NCBI GenBank assembly: GCA_002104905.1
Contig: MCFE01000245.1
Coordinates: forward strand, 1 to 64,000
From: Basidiobolus meristosporus CBS 931.73
Lineage: Eukaryota; Fungi; Basidiobolomycota
DNA: 64,000 bases
Direction of reading: 5' to 3'
Positions 1-13,722 of the stretch are shown piece by piece. Position 1 is the stretch's first letter; each line of letters begins with the position of its first letter. Made by a program: the position numbers and the translations under genes. Below the pieces are notes generated by a model. That model saw only the letters and a program-made list of their open reading frames with translations. It was not told the DNA's origin and searched no databases.

Positions 1-1
1 T

Positions 2-397
2 AACATTGATTCCAAGCGTGACTGGGGACATGCTCGTGATTACATCGAAGGTATGTGGCTCATGCTGCAGCAGGAGAGTCCAGAGGACTTTGTTCTCGCC
101 ACAGGGGAAACACATACTGTAAAGGAGTTTGTGGAGAAAGCTTTCAAGGTTGTTGGCAAAGACATCGTTTGGGAGGGTAAGGATGAGGAGGAAATCGGTA
201 GAGAAGCTGACACTGGTATTGCCAGAGTCAAGATCGATGCGAAATACTACCGTCCTACCGAAGTAGATCTCCTTCTTGGCGACCCTACCAAGGCTCAAAC
301 CCTCCTTGGTTGGAAGCGTAAGGTCACGTTTGACGAACTTGTCAAGGAGATGGTCGAAGCAGATGTTCAAGGTGTTCAAGACGGAGATATCAACTAA
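2..397 (+). CDS. gmd: GDP-mannose 4,6-dehydratase, 3' part (gene starts upstream of window)
   Basis: Frame open from base 2: [43 protein letters not shown]...[20 protein letters not shown], the characteristic GMD C-terminus; TAA at 395-397. Confidence 0.95.
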   Translation, partial: NIDSKRDWGHARDYIEGMWLMLQQESPEDFVLATGETHTVKEFVEKAFKVVGKDIVWEGKDEEEIGREADTGIARVKIDAKYYRPTEVDLLLGDPTKAQTLLGWKRKVTFDELVKEMVEADVQGVQDGDIN

Positions 398-846
398 TTA
401 TGGCATAGCCTTACACCCGATGCCATTATATAAATAAAACAGTTATTCAGCATGAAGTTGTTTGTTGTGTTCCACAACACAACCATCTGCCTTAGTATAC
501 ATGTGGTTAGATCGAAGGGTGTAATCTTGTGCAAGGGACCAAGCCAATATTAGTGGAGGACATAAATCAAAACGGAGGTAGTGGTGCGCACGAACGTAGG
601 TGAAAGAGACAATCGCATACTGCACATAATTTTACACCAACCTGTGTGGTTTACGTGACCCGGACATTAAAATCCAATATGGAGATTGTATTTCTCCAGC
701 ACATGTTGAAGTGCTCACTACTACAACCATTAAGATGTGGAAATGAAACCAGCTTTACTTGCATCAACGCTAGGATGAAGGAGATGCTTGCATGAGCGCT
801 TGGATAACAAGGCCTCGCACAATCCCAGGAAGTTAATAAGGCTTTA

Positions 847-898
847 CAAAATCCCATAATCCACGTATGTATGTGCAAAATCCCATAATCCACGTATG
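847..898 (+). repeat. 23-bp perfect direct repeat (CAAAATCCCATAATCCACGTATG x2, 6-bp spacer)
   Basis: Copies at 847-869 and 876-898, read directly from the sequence; intergenic. Confidence 0.9.
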
Positions 899-1498
899 GT
901 GTTATTGTAAATCACCAGAGATAAATATAACTAAAATGAAGTTATTGCAAGTCGTCAGGGATAAAACCCTCGTCTGGTTGAGCGCTGCTACAGACTGATG
1001 GGGTAATAAGCAACAAATCAATCGCAAATTAATTACAGCGCGGATGCAATGTTTTCTTCCAAGCACCACCTCCACACTCAAAGATTAGCCTTCGTGATAA
1101 TGGGTTAGTTAAATTAATCACCTACTGATAGCAACATTTTTCCAGCTGGTATGTGATTCCATTGGATTCCAGGCTGCACCAGTTGCATGCGCTTGTTACT
1201 ATTCCAACAAATTCTGTGATCTCTGGGCCTGAGTTCATGCTTGCCGACACCCCGCATTGATTTGATCGAAGGCTTCTCATATAGGAGACAATGGCTGGTT
1301 AAATACCCGGTGCGAATGTTCATTTCTCTGATTCATACTTTTCGCCTCAGTAGTTCCTTGATCTTGCTCTCCCGAATCCTCACTACTGCCCAATCTACAC
1401 TATTGCCTGAGGGATGCGGCTTCTTTCCACCAAAGGTAAACCCTAGATTCGTCTCCTTTCATGAGCTAGCTCTAACTGTACTTGCCCTAACAGATGCG

Positions 1499-3644
1499 AT
1501 GTATGTCACACCAAAGGCAACCAAGTCGATAGTCTCCCGTATTGGTTCCTATCCGGTTACAAACGACGCGGTGCTCGCCATCAATGGATTTCTTGATGAG
1601 TTTTTGTATCTGTTAATCTCTTATCTGCCCAGTGATAGAATGGATGTGTCGGGGGTCGAAGAGTCATTGTTTAGGCTTCTACCGCACGGTCCCTTGGCCA
1701 GAGAGGCAATACGAAGTGCGCACAATGTCTCGAAGACCTCCCCGTCCAGGCTCAACGAGTTTGGCACGAGCACTATGGCCCCCGCTCTACTCGACCCACT
1801 CCCAACCTCTGAGCCTGATCCAGATACAACTGCTAGATATGAACAACTCAGGATTAAATGCTTGAGATATAGCACATTGGGTGCTGAGCATGCCAACACT
1901 TCGCGCCTGCTTCTTGGTCCCCAGCAAGCCGGGGAAGACTTCACAAGCATAACTGTACTTTTCATCACCGCTATACTGGAGTATATGGCAAGGTTCCTAA
2001 TCAACAGCATAGCAGTGATGGCCAAGCAACAACTCAGGGCTGGCATTGGTCTGGAGGAAGTGTTCAGTGGGTTAAATATCGATGGCCATATCAAGGAGCT
2101 GTTTCAGAACATGGCATTTTATACCAAGTTACAGGTATTTATACTATTTGCTGCTCGCCTTCGCGTGACTCCCGTTACTTATCCATATATGGTATGCTAG
2201 AAACGAGCGGTTGCCGAGGCACTAGCGAAGGGGTCTAAGAACTTCAGCCCAACAACTCGAAAAATTACTACCACTGGAATATCTAGGGATACACATGAAG
2301 CCTCTCTTGTTACCAAAAAAGAACCAGAAGGATCGCTCATCCAAGTAGAAAAGCAGGAAGACCTTACTCTTGGTCAAAATGAGCTTTCGGCAAGGAAAGG
2401 AAGAACTTTTTCTTCATTCATTCTAAAGGGTAAAACCAAGACACCAAGTAACCCAAGCTCAGGGGAAAACTCCCCCTCCCCTAAATCGGGAATATTTCGT
2501 TTTATGCCGGCAATTCCGGCTGAGCCTCAGAATCTAAGCCACCGTAGCAGATCTGTTGAGGCTCTTCGGCTCTCTAGAAAGAGTGTGGAAACCACAAAAA
2601 GTGAAGGGACTAATGTGTCTTTGGTAAATAATAGAAGTTCAATGATTCGGGGTGGAATTGGAATTAATCAATGTCACTTCAGGATGAATCGTTTGAGGAG
2701 TTTCTTCATGCAAACGAAACCAAAAAAATGACGCTCACGCCAAATCGACTGAGAAGCATCGAGGTAAGAAAATACTTTGTGCAGGGAAGCGACCTTATTT
2801 AAGACGGCTGTTATAGATCTTAAAAAAGAAGGAAAAGTACCAGCCCAGAGCTCCCATCAGGATTAGTCCAAACCTAATGAAATCCGAACTCCCAGACCAC
2901 AAGAAAATTGTTGTCCCGAAGAAATCCGAAACACTCTACGAGTTCCTCAATAGCGGACCAGCAGAAGCTCCCCCGGTGGTAATGATTCTTTGGTGTTTTG
3001 AGTGTTGGTCACAGGATGACTTATCATATGATTTTCAGAATTCCAAGAAGTATATTTCCAGAGCTCCGGTCATTATGAAACGGACTAATTTACAACCACA
3101 ACCGATCAAAAATTGTCCTAAAGATACTAATGCATCAAACACCGCTGTCAAGCCAAGGGAAAGCATCTACGACTTTTTGTTGAACGAAAATCCTTCCACG
3201 CTCCGCCCAACTTCAGAAAAACCTTGGCTAAAAAGAACACCCTCTACAACAAACCCGGAGCCACTAGACGATGCTTTGGCCGCAGGCTGCAAGAGCGAAC
3301 TGAGAAGCACCCCTTTGTACCGGCGACGCAGAGGCTTATCAATGCCACTCAATATTAACTGTGCTTCAGTCAAGGATGGCTTGAAATCCCTCACACCTAC
3401 AGATCTATCGAATACCCTTTCACTAGACCCAACATCGCACCGGCTACATCACCAGCGGTCATTGATAGATCTATCAAGTTGCTCTCTGAAGACTGAGAGC
3501 GATGACTCAGAGTCCTCCGATGCAGCAGCAACTCTGATAGATACACCCATTAATAGCCCTAAAACTACCTCGATTCAAGACATTTTGAGTGAGGATGACC
3601 GAGCGTTCTATACCCTGTGTATGTGCGAAAGCTGTGACGCCTAA
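1499..3644 (+). CDS. Multi-exon fungal protein of unknown function with N-terminal histone-fold-like region and long low-complexity C-terminus
   Basis: ORFs 1241-2200 and 2877-3644 linked by GT-AG introns (donor near 2133; short exon DESFEEFLHANETKKMTLTPNRLRSIE near 2684-2763). FITAILEYMARFLINSIAVMAK...DGHIKELF resembles the H2A/SOS-type histone fold. An acceptor-like CTAACAG near 1487-1493 means an upstream exon is possible. Confidence 0.65.
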
Positions 3645-4082
3645 TTAATGTTGAATTCTTCCACATGCCCACTAATATAATCCATCCATAATTACTTTCA
3701 TCCTCTGCTCTACTTCCTTGTCACCACTTGTACTGCATTGCTCGACATTGATATAATTCTCCTCTGGGACAACGCTCGACACTGATATAATTCTCCGCTG
3801 GGAGATAGTCATATAAAACGAGATCAATTCACTCCATATTGACTGGTTATCGCTCCATATGGCCTGGCTGCCACTCCATATAAGTACTCATTAATTCTTG
3901 GATACGCATGTTTATTTGGAGCCAGCATTAACGTATTGTATGACTGGTGATCCCAATTGGGGCCGTCTAGTGGCCAAAATTTTTTCCTTCCAGTGACGTT
4001 TTGAGGGAGCCACCATCGAATTCCCATAAATCATTCACTCTCCTTGTGCTGCTGGCTGCCACCCAACTCCTCACTCAACAAT

Positions 4083-5358
4083 ATGTTCTTATCCAAGACT
4101 GCTCCAGTTGCTCTTAGAGCTCTTCGTAGCACTGCTCAGGTAAATTTGGCTCGGTCAACTCAGAAGTCGTATACGAACGCCGTGTTTTATGCGAGTATCT
4201 TGCTAATCCTAAACCTTTTATTCCAGCTTTCTGCAGCTAGAACTCTGGCTACTGCCACCTCTGCACCTACTCTGAATAAGAATCCTGCCACCGTAAGTCG
4301 TCGCGGATTGCTTTGGGGTGTTTCGATGTGTTATTGATACATATTCTCCTTAGGGTAACTACGTTGTCACTCTTATTCCGGGTGATGGAATTGGCCCTGA
4401 AATCTCAAAGTCCGTCAAGGAGATCTATGCTGCCGCTAACGTCCCAATTGAATGGGAAGAGGTTGACGTCACACCTGTCATTAGAGAAGGGAAAACAGTC
4501 ATTCCGGATGAAGCACTCCATTCCGTACAGAAGAATAAGATTGCCTTGAAGGGACCTTTGGCTACTCCAATTGGCAAAGGCCACGTCTCGCTCAACTTGA
4601 CTTTAAGAAGAACCTTCGACCTCTACGCCAACGTTCGTCCATGCAAGAGCATTGTTGGATACAAGACACTATATGATAATGTAAATACCGTGTTGATCAG
4701 AGAAAACACTGAGGGTGAATACTCCGGTATTGAGCATGAAGTGGTTGATGGGGTTGTTCAATCCATCAAGCTGATCACCAGAGAAGCATCGGAACGCTGT
4801 GCCAGATATGCCTTCGAGTACGCCGTCGCCAATGGACGTGAGCGTGTCACAGCTGTTCACAAGGCCAACATCATGAAAATGTCTGATGGGTTGTTCTTGA
4901 GCGCATGCCGCGATGTTGCTCAAGAGTTCCCCCAAATCAAGTTTGATGATGTCCTACTAGATCGCGCCTGCCTTCATGTTGTTCAAGACCCCCATACTTA
5001 CGCTGATGCCGTGATGGTCATGCCCAATTTGTATGGTGACATTATCTCTGACATGTGCGCTGGATTGATTGGTGGATTAGGACTTACTCCATCAGGTAAC
5101 ATCGGTAAGACTGCTTCCATCTTCGAGTCAGTCCATGGTACCGCGCCCGACATCGCTGGCCAAGACAAGGCGAATCCCACCGCCCTTCTCCTCAGCTCGG
5201 TCATGATGCTTCGTCACATGAAGCTCGAGCCATTTGCCAACTCCATCGAGTCTGCCGTCCTCAAGACCATTGCGGAAGGCAAAGCCCTGACCGGCGACTT
5301 GGGAGGAAAATCCACCAACTCACAGTTCACAGCCGAAGTCATCAAGAACCTTGCCTAA
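4083..5358 (+). CDS. IDH2: NAD-dependent isocitrate dehydrogenase catalytic subunit 2, mitochondrial
   Basis: Presequence-like [16 protein letters not shown]; two introns; [76 protein letters not shown] motifs. Confidence 0.95.
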
Positions 5359-5518
5359 GCATTCATCCTGTATTATTCCACCAACTTTGACGAGCAAGCG
5401 ATATATATGGTTTATTTTATCGTCTTCAATAAAACGTAGATTTCTATCAAGATATTAATTATTAACTAATGAGGGATCTATACAAGGGTGATAGAGTACA
5501 TCTAGGCCAGCAGATTAA

Positions 5519-6987
5519 TCACCAACCATCGGAGATACTCATGAGTGTGAACACCAGCATCACGGTACCCATCAGGTCACCCACAGCGGTAATGATGGGC
5601 ATGATATAGTTGTCGGGGTCCAATCGATGGTTCCAGAGGTAGAATGTAAGCCATTCTGTAAGCAGCAGGAGGGCAGCCACCAAGGAGACTGAGGTGAATG
5701 TGTATAGAATAAATAGAGGTATGCTGACTACGCCCGTTCCCAGTCCTAACGCAACAATGCTGACCAGGAACAGCCATTGGGCAGGGACATTCAACCCAAA
5801 CAGCACCATCATCGCTCGGGAGTGGTTCTCGTAGCGCGCACCATGCAATGCCGTAGAGATACGAGAGGCATAGATGCTGGCCACATTCCCGGCCACCCCG
5901 GTCAAAACGGGAGAATACAGGGCGAGCTCTGGGTACTGATTGATAAAGCGCTCCAAGACCAAACCGGAGAAGCTGGAGATAATAAGTGCGCCAAAAATGG
6001 GAGACCAGCCAACAAATAATAACCCCTTGACATGTTCATTGGCCAAGATCAAATGAGTCCATACGGGAATAGTTAGCAACGAGAGGATCAGGATCACTAT
6101 GCAGATATGCGTGTCTAATGAGAATTTCCATTAGTGGATGCTCGTGTGCTCAGCTCTAGTGCGAGTCCTACCTATCACAACCAAAAACCCACGACTGAAC
6201 CCCGCAAACAGAGTCAAGGCAATAATATCACCAAAGCTTGCAGCCAAAGGCGAGGCTACGTTGTCGGGGTTGATATTGAGTTTTCGGCTATATATCACCA
6301 CAGCGCACATGAACGCTCCCAAAATCAGGCTACTGACAGAGGCGCACATGATGCTGCTGGTGACGACCAACAGCATTTCAGCGGCTGTGTTAGACGAAGG
6401 GTTGATCAGGTTGGCCATGAAGATGGAGAAGCATCCAGCTACGCCCCCAACTACGACACTCTGCAGCTGTATGAGCATCATATTCCCCACGATCAGACTG
6501 CGACGTTTGCTCGATGGCTTGTCCAACTCCCCAAGGTTAGCCTAGAAACCATGCTATTCGTTAGGATTAGGTGGTTGCATCAAAGCGGCTACACTACCAA
6601 CCGCTGTAGAGAGACGGGCGGCAAGGTTCATCTCCAGATTCCCTTTCAAATTCAGCAATATCGGGACCAGTATAAAGAGCTCGGAAATCTGAACGAACAC
6701 CTGCCAGTTCTAGCAAACTGTTAATATGGTGGGCTACGCAAGGTGTACATTGACAAATTACCTGGATCTCATCTAGCATCCAACCAGCATAGATACAGCC
6801 AGCCATGCCGCACAAAAGGGAGGGGAAAGCCTGTTGGAATCATTTCAGTAACGGCCACATGGTGCCGGGATCTCATATTGAACTATACCTGAAGAATCAG
6901 ATTCCAATTTCCTTCGCCATACGACTGATATTCACGCTTCCCAAGCTTTGAAGAGACTGGGAGCATATCGTTCGCACCATCACCCAT
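5519..6987 (-). CDS. SLC41/MgtE-family divalent cation (Mg2+) transporter
   Basis: Spliced exons give [54 protein letters not shown] and [19 protein letters not shown], i.e. the two MgtE integral-membrane repeats of SLC41. Start codon uncertain. Confidence 0.88.
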
Positions 6988-8020
6988 CAAGACTTTTGTA
7001 TCCTCACTAGTACCGCTCTGTCGCGTAATAATATGGGCTAAGGTAGGAATCGGAGGGCGTGCAACTTTTAGCCATAAAATGTCAAAGTTGAAGTGAGATG
7101 GAATGTCGATGGTGCTGAGGGGGAATATATATCTGATTCAGAGTTGAGCCATCGTCACATTGATCAGATATGGATTAACCCCAGATGGGTACAGGATATT
7201 GTTACTAATATTGTTACATAAAAAGTGGTAAATCAGGGATCAACTCTGCCACCAGTGATCGCATATCACTGATGGTTAGATGTCGAAACCAATTTCCCTT
7301 GTTCCTATCTGCGCATATAAGCCCACCATTCGTATGACCTCAGCCTGATGGACAACATTGGCTGCAACAGTCTCTTGCATGGTTTTGAGCTGCTCATGGA
7401 CAGTCGAGATGTCGGTGAAAACGCATCGATAGCAGCGTGGATTGTTTTGGCCATTACAGAGCCATTCCACTCACCACGTATTGATGAAATGAGTACGAAG
7501 CATGATTACGAAACACCAACCATATATGTCAAGATACTTTTAATCTATCACGATCAAGACGTCCTCAACACAATCCGAATGTTGTTCAAATTATTGACCC
7601 ATACATATTGCATGACCTCTTGGCGAGGTGAATGAGTGCGGTTGAATTGTGTAACCGATCACAACAGTATATTATAGCGACATTAAGCTTATTTGTATTA
7701 TGTAGTTCCCAAGGAATTTCCCTGGATTTCATCACCGAATAGTCACCCTGATAGTTGCACAGGCAATGCTAATTAAATGGCCGAAAATCTCTCCGCTATC
7801 TTGTGATGCATGTGTCACTGTGGGTTAATGCAACTTCACACACATTTAGCACTCTAGCCCTATCACCCGCGATTTCATGAGGTTTATTGGCATGTGCTCG
7901 GTACAAGCGATATCTAGCAAATTGGTTCACAATAGAGAAAACTAGTTGTGGCTAGCAAATTAGTTATGCCCCAGGATAGATTAGAAAAAGAAAAGTGATT
8001 GGTGAAAGAAAAGCCATCGA

Positions 8021-11000
8021 TTAATGCTTGCGTCCCTTCTTTTTGGTGACAACCTTGAATCCTTGATTCCCTACAGTGGATTCCTCCGGCTCGTCGGTAG
8101 TCTTGGTGGGCTCGGTCAATCGGCCCGGTAGAAGACCGGCGTCTATTTTACGCTTCTTGATGAATTCGTGAGCAAATCGTCGGCCGTCTAGGGTGGTAGA
8201 GCTTGCGTAAACGGATTCTGATATAATCTCCAATGTTGCTGGTGGTGGGTTCAACGGAAATGTGAGCAACATTTGTACAAATTCGTCCACTAAATGAGTT
8301 CATTTAATTGGTTAGATCCTATCCTACCCTTCGGGTGATCCTGTTGGAATCCTACCATTGATGCCATTCAGGTCCTTGAGCGATGCTCTGCACCATTTTA
8401 GGAACTCTTCAGAGGGCTTGTATTCGTTGTAGGACTTTCTAGGTTGAGCCAGGGAAGCAGCAGATGGAGGTGGAAAATCTGCAGCAGTGGGCTTGGGTTG
8501 ACTTTGGGTGCTTGTTCTAAAATGAGTCAAAGGATTGTTCATGATCAAAACAACCATGAAGCTTCACTTACTTTACGGGGTTGGCTGGTTCTGGCTTATT
8601 TGCGAGGGGCGGGGTGCCAGTAGGCTTGTCTGTTTGGTTCTTCCCACCTACGATAGTAACCCAACCTTCATTCGCCTAAGTTCGAAACCAGGTTAGATTA
8701 TGTTCTTGAAATATGGGGCGCATTTCATCTTACCTTTCCGGTAGAGGTTACGGTGTCTGCGTATCTTTTGCCGCTTGCTCCAGTTGGAGTGTTTTTTGAT
8801 TGTGCCTGGCGCTTGAGAGCCTCTTCCTCTTCTTTTTGAATATCAAGCATGCTTTTCTTTGGTGCATTGGTGTTTTGCCATCCAGAAAGTGCTGCAGTGA
8901 CAGCAGCAGAGGCTTCTTGATTGATCTTCTCTTGATGCTGTAGAGCGGCAAGCTCAGCATGGAGCTGCTCCTGGCGCTCAATCCTACGCGATTCCGCTAC
9001 CTGAGCTTCAATTTGTTGGATCTCTCGAAGCGATACATGGTTGGTTTCCATATCTGGAGAAGAGCTGCCCTTAGCCCAGGGTGCATTCCTTGCTAGGTTG
9101 GGTAGTTCTGCCGTCTCAGCTTGGTTGGAGATATCAGTAGCATGAGTAGACTGATCGACATTCTGATCGAATGGTATGCTCGCGGTATCGTCAACTTGAT
9201 CCATGACGGCTTCTGGCATTTGATCCTCACTTAACTGCTTCTCGCGAGAATTCTCGTCTCCGCGTGGGAGAACAGTTGCTTCTTCCTCTTTCACTGGCAG
9301 AGAATTGTTTTCATGTGAGTTAGCGGGGATTTCACGTGGAGGTTCCGTTTCAAGAGCCTTTGCCTCACCACTTTGCTCTTGGTTTTGAAGGGAAGGATCT
9401 CGAGGATCAATGGGAGATCCCGAGTTGTCTTGCTGCCAGCCTTGTCGAAGCTGGGGATTCTCCATTTGTCTGTAAAGGTTTGCAGCTTCCGCATCGTTGA
9501 TGGGGCCTGAACCTGTCCATCCGGCTAACTGGGGATTCATATTCAACGCCCTAGCCTGGAGCATTGGGTCATTTAATTGGCCCGCACCAACATGCGGCAG
9601 CAGTTTTGAAAGTAGCTCGTTTTGAAAGCCAGGGCTTTGCGGTTGTTGTGCAGGAGGAGAATAGGGCTGTTGGAATTGATGCATGAGCATTTGCTGGCGT
9701 TGTTGTAGTACTTGAATATATCTTTGACGCTCCATCATAAGCCTGATGGTGTCTGGGTCAACACCGCCCCTTCCCAGATCGCCCCCATGCATTTGTGGTT
9801 GCTGCTGCTGATGCGGGTTTCTACCGTTGCCAGGATGTGCTAAATGGTCATTATTCCAGTTGTTCCCCTGATCCATACCACGATATTCCGGTCGGAAACC
9901 ATCTTGCCAATTCTCTTGTCTTTCCAAAATACGTCTAATGTTAAATGAGCCTTGTTCATAGGCAGGCGTATACGGTCCACCGAAGGGGTCAAAACCAGCT
10001 TTTCCAGGCCCAGCTTGGTGGTGCATGTAGCGATCGGCCACAGGGGTGTTTGGTAAGCTGTGGGTATCACGTCCATAGCCTAGCGGCTGTCGCTGGATCG
10101 ATGGTAAAAATGCAGCGACCAAGAAAGGTTTAGCATCATCGCCAACCCGTTGGATCAACATGCCCAGAGGTTCAAACATCGGCTCATCCTCTCTTCTCAC
10201 AAGCAGAGAAGGAGTAAAAAACCCACCTTCGTACCACTCGTGCATATCTTCAGGTGAGAAAGGACCTAAAAACAAATTCAACTTTGTGTAAATATTCTGT
10301 TTCTTCGGAGAGAACTCTTATACCTTACCTTGGATGTTGCCAGATGGATCTTTATATAGCCATCTAAGCAGATGAGGAGGCACCGCCTCGTGGTAGTCAT
10401 GGATGGAGGCAGGGTATCTTCCTTCAGGAATGCGCATGTGGTCGGGGGACTGAGATGGAGAGATACCACCATAGGGAAATGGCTCTCTGAATGATCGCTC
10501 ATTTTCGGATTTTTTGGAAAGCACCTCCACTATGTTGATTGGTCTGTCGCCACCGACTCTACCCTCGCTACCTCCTCCTAACGATAGAATGGCCCGATTG
10601 AGTCTTTGACTAGATTGTGCTTCCGGAAGTGACCCCAAGGAGGAGTCTTGGTTCTCTTTTAACAGTGAGCCCTATGCACGATAGTTAAGCCAGACAACTC
10701 AAGGGAATGAATAGAAGCCTCATTTACTTGGTCTTGCTTCAGCTGCTCGTCGGATATTTTCAGTGATTCGAGAGATTCTAGGGCTTCACCAATGCCCTCA
10801 CCACCGAATCTAAACACCCCATCGCTATCAAACGACCCAACTGTGTGCCTGGTCACATTACTCCATAATGCTTCGTCTGTATTAGAGCCAGATGGATTTT
10901 CTCTGAGCATAATGGACTTGGAGAATCGAGCTAATTCTTGATGTATGTTATCTTCATGCTGATGAGATCCCTCCGGTACAGCAAAACCTCTCACCTTGTT

Positions 11001-11815
11001 CTAATTTATCATCATCTCTAAAGTGCTCTTTATTATGGGAGGATCCTAGAGGAGTGCCAGTTAGTTAAAATACTCCAAGTTTTATCATCAAGCGACCTAC
11101 CTCCTCTCGCTTGTCCCATGCCAGAATTTCCAACACGATGAGCGCCTCTCTCACCTCTTCCATGGCCTCCACCTGATGAATGATGCACAATTCTTCGGGT
11201 AAGATCGCTGTTTACGGAGCCGGAGAGTAGCTGTTATGCAAAATTAACCAGAGCATGCTTTTAGTAGTCTCCAACAGAACAACACTAGAGTGCTACCCAC
11301 CTTTTTTTCCTGTTCTGTAAGTTCAATACTGGCCATGGGTGGGAGACATTCGTCACTTGTCACGTATTCGTGTTTTTCAAAGTCCAAAGGTAAACCGACG
11401 GGTTTGTAAAGGGAAAGCATAAAATCTTTGGGGTATTTAAATGGATTCAATTGATCCACGAAATGTACATCGTTCGCCGAGTTTTTCAGCTCCTCTTCGA
11501 CCCCTTCAATTTGGGTCAAGGTATTTCGACGGGAGTTTGTTCGACTGTTTGCAGCTACCGAGGAGTAAGAAAAAGTTGGGTTCGAAGGGCTCCCACTGTT
11601 TGAACTGGACGCCATGGTCGGGTTATTGGAGGTAATATTAGGGAGATTTGATGAGTTTCGGACGGTTGGGTCAGTTGAGCCGGTTGAATTACTTTTTGAT
11701 AACCGTCTCATCCTCAAATAAACAGATTTACAGTAAGTAAAATATCATCATGACCAAAGTGTAAAGGAGAATGGCGTTACCATTCCGGACCGAAGTTCAT
11801 AGTGTTACTTGACAT
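8021..11815 (-). CDS. GYF-domain protein (GIGYF/Smy2-like translational repressor/adaptor)
   Basis: First exon MSSNTMNFGPEW (GIGYF-type N-terminus); NPFKYPKDFMLSLYK; GYF domain WLYKDPSGNIQG|PFSPEDMHEWYEGGFF; Q-rich middle; C-terminal EEFLKWC and LDGRRFAHEFIKKRK. Confidence 0.9.
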
Positions 11816-12397
11816 GTTTTAAGCCTGAGACTGGTTGCTAATAAGAGCTACAATAAGACCTATATTGGAATAGCAACTCAAGATTAGAAATGGAAAAGGA
11901 TCTTGCGTACAAAAGAGACCTGAGTAAGATGATGGCAAATACGGAGGGTTGCTGTGCCTGAGGAAGAACACTACGACGTACCTTTTCCAATTAGCTTAAA
12001 CTTTTCGAAGACCTGAGTGAGTGGAGTCTATGCGTATACTGATAAAGCAAATAATTATTTATCAATCCTGCTTACGACAAAGTGTATTCCACCCACCATG
12101 TGATTTGGCAGGATGGGATGAATCCCTGATCCATGAACGATCCCGCACACGATCACCCTTTGCCAGCATAAATGGCTCTGTAACCTCTTGATCTTATAGC
12201 TTGTGCAAACACCCGGCATATTTGCTGACACTTCACATCCAGAATATAAAGCACATCAATGAGGCCGTAACTATTTCATTGAATGCATACTTTTGAAACT
12301 GTATACAAGAGCTTATCTATATGCTCCAGTGCCACATAACACATCCAAGCCACCGCAGAAGTGAAAGGTGACTAGATTCATTCGAAACAATCCAGAT

Positions 12398-12415
12398 TAA
12401 CCCTAACCCTAACCC
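12398..12415 (+). repeat. Short interstitial telomere-like repeat (TAACCC)3
   Basis: TAACCCTAACCCTAACCC followed by a degenerate CTAAA, in the divergent GYF/capping-protein intergenic region. Confidence 0.7.
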
Positions 12416-12545
12416 CTAAACTAAGCAACATTGATTAAGCATTTTCATTAAGGGTACATCCCCCTAAATCGGAATTACAAAGGGAATAGTTGGATGACGA
12501 GGTTCGTAAGACGCACATTGTTGACCTTTCCCAAGACAAATCGAG

Positions 12546-13722
12546 ATGGTAATTGTTTCCTACCTGCTTTACCGGCCAGTCCAATGATTTGCGGCTAACT
12601 TCCATTCCTACCGCGCTACCATTACGGTCATCTTATTTGTAGGCTGACCAATTGGACTGTGCTTTGGATTTAATGAGAAGATTACCTCCTCAACAAACTG
12701 AGGAGAATCTCGCTGGCTTGATTGATATCGTGCCTCATCTCACCGAGGAGTTACTTCAGAACGTTGACCAGCCACTTAGAATCCAAACCTGCCAACAGAC
12801 AGGAAAAGAGTATTTAGTTTGCGATTACAACCGAGATGGCGATTCCTATAGGTATGTGTTTACTATTTCAATAGTAAGTTGGCTTGATACTCAGACGTTA
12901 ATGGTTTCTGCATTGTGCTCCATCGTTTCAAGATCTCCTTGGTCCAACGAATATGATCCCGCACTTCCAGATGGCAGTGTACCTTCGCCTAGACTTCGTA
13001 AACTTGAAGTCTTTGCCAACGAGGCCTTTGATACATATAGAGAGCTGTAAGAAACCAAAAATCACTCGAGAGTTTACCGCGGCCTCAACTAACGTCTGCG
13101 TGATTCAGCTATTACGAAGGAGGAGTCTCGTCAGTTTATTTCTGGGATTTGGATGATGGATTCGCTGGAGTGATATTGATCAAGAAAAGTGGGTGCATCC
13201 GATACTTGATCTGCTTGTCATTTGATTCTTTACTAACCTGCCATTGCTTACAGTCAATGACTCTACCAAGAAGATGAAGGGCGCCTGGGACTCTATCCAC
13301 GTATTTGAAGCTCAAGAAAGAGGTCGCAACGCACACTACAAGTTGACATCCACTGTTATGCTCTACACTATTACCAGCAATGAAGATGTCGGAAGTATGA
13401 ACTTATCTGGGAGCATGACTAGACAGGTACATTTTAGTCGGCTATGCCTTCTAGTGGGGAGCATGTTTAACGTTGAGTGCTACTTTAGGCTGAACAAGAC
13501 TTCCCAGTTGATGACTTATCGTCTCATGTTGGCAACATTGGACACATGATTGAAGATATGGAATTGAAGATGCGTAACTTGCTGAGCGAAGTGTACTTTG
13601 GGAAAACTAAGGACATCGTCAACGGATTAAGATCAGTCAACTCCTTGCAAGAAAACAACAAACAAGCTCAGATCCAGTCGGAGCTTATCAGCAAGTTGCA
13701 AGGAAGAAAGCTACCCATGTAA
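12546..13722 (+). CDS. CAP2: F-actin capping protein subunit beta
   Basis: ATG immediately followed by a GT intron; [31 protein letters not shown]|[64 protein letters not shown]. Confidence 0.96.

Noticed and set aside
1241-1498. N-terminal part of the 319-aa track ORF
   Set aside because: Probably UTR/intron read-through from a non-ATG start; an acceptor-like signal lies just before the likely coding start.
2481-2491. CCCTAAATCGG-like motif recurring near 2481, 12462 and 25081
   Set aside because: Contexts differ (coding vs intergenic) with no extended similarity; likely chance.
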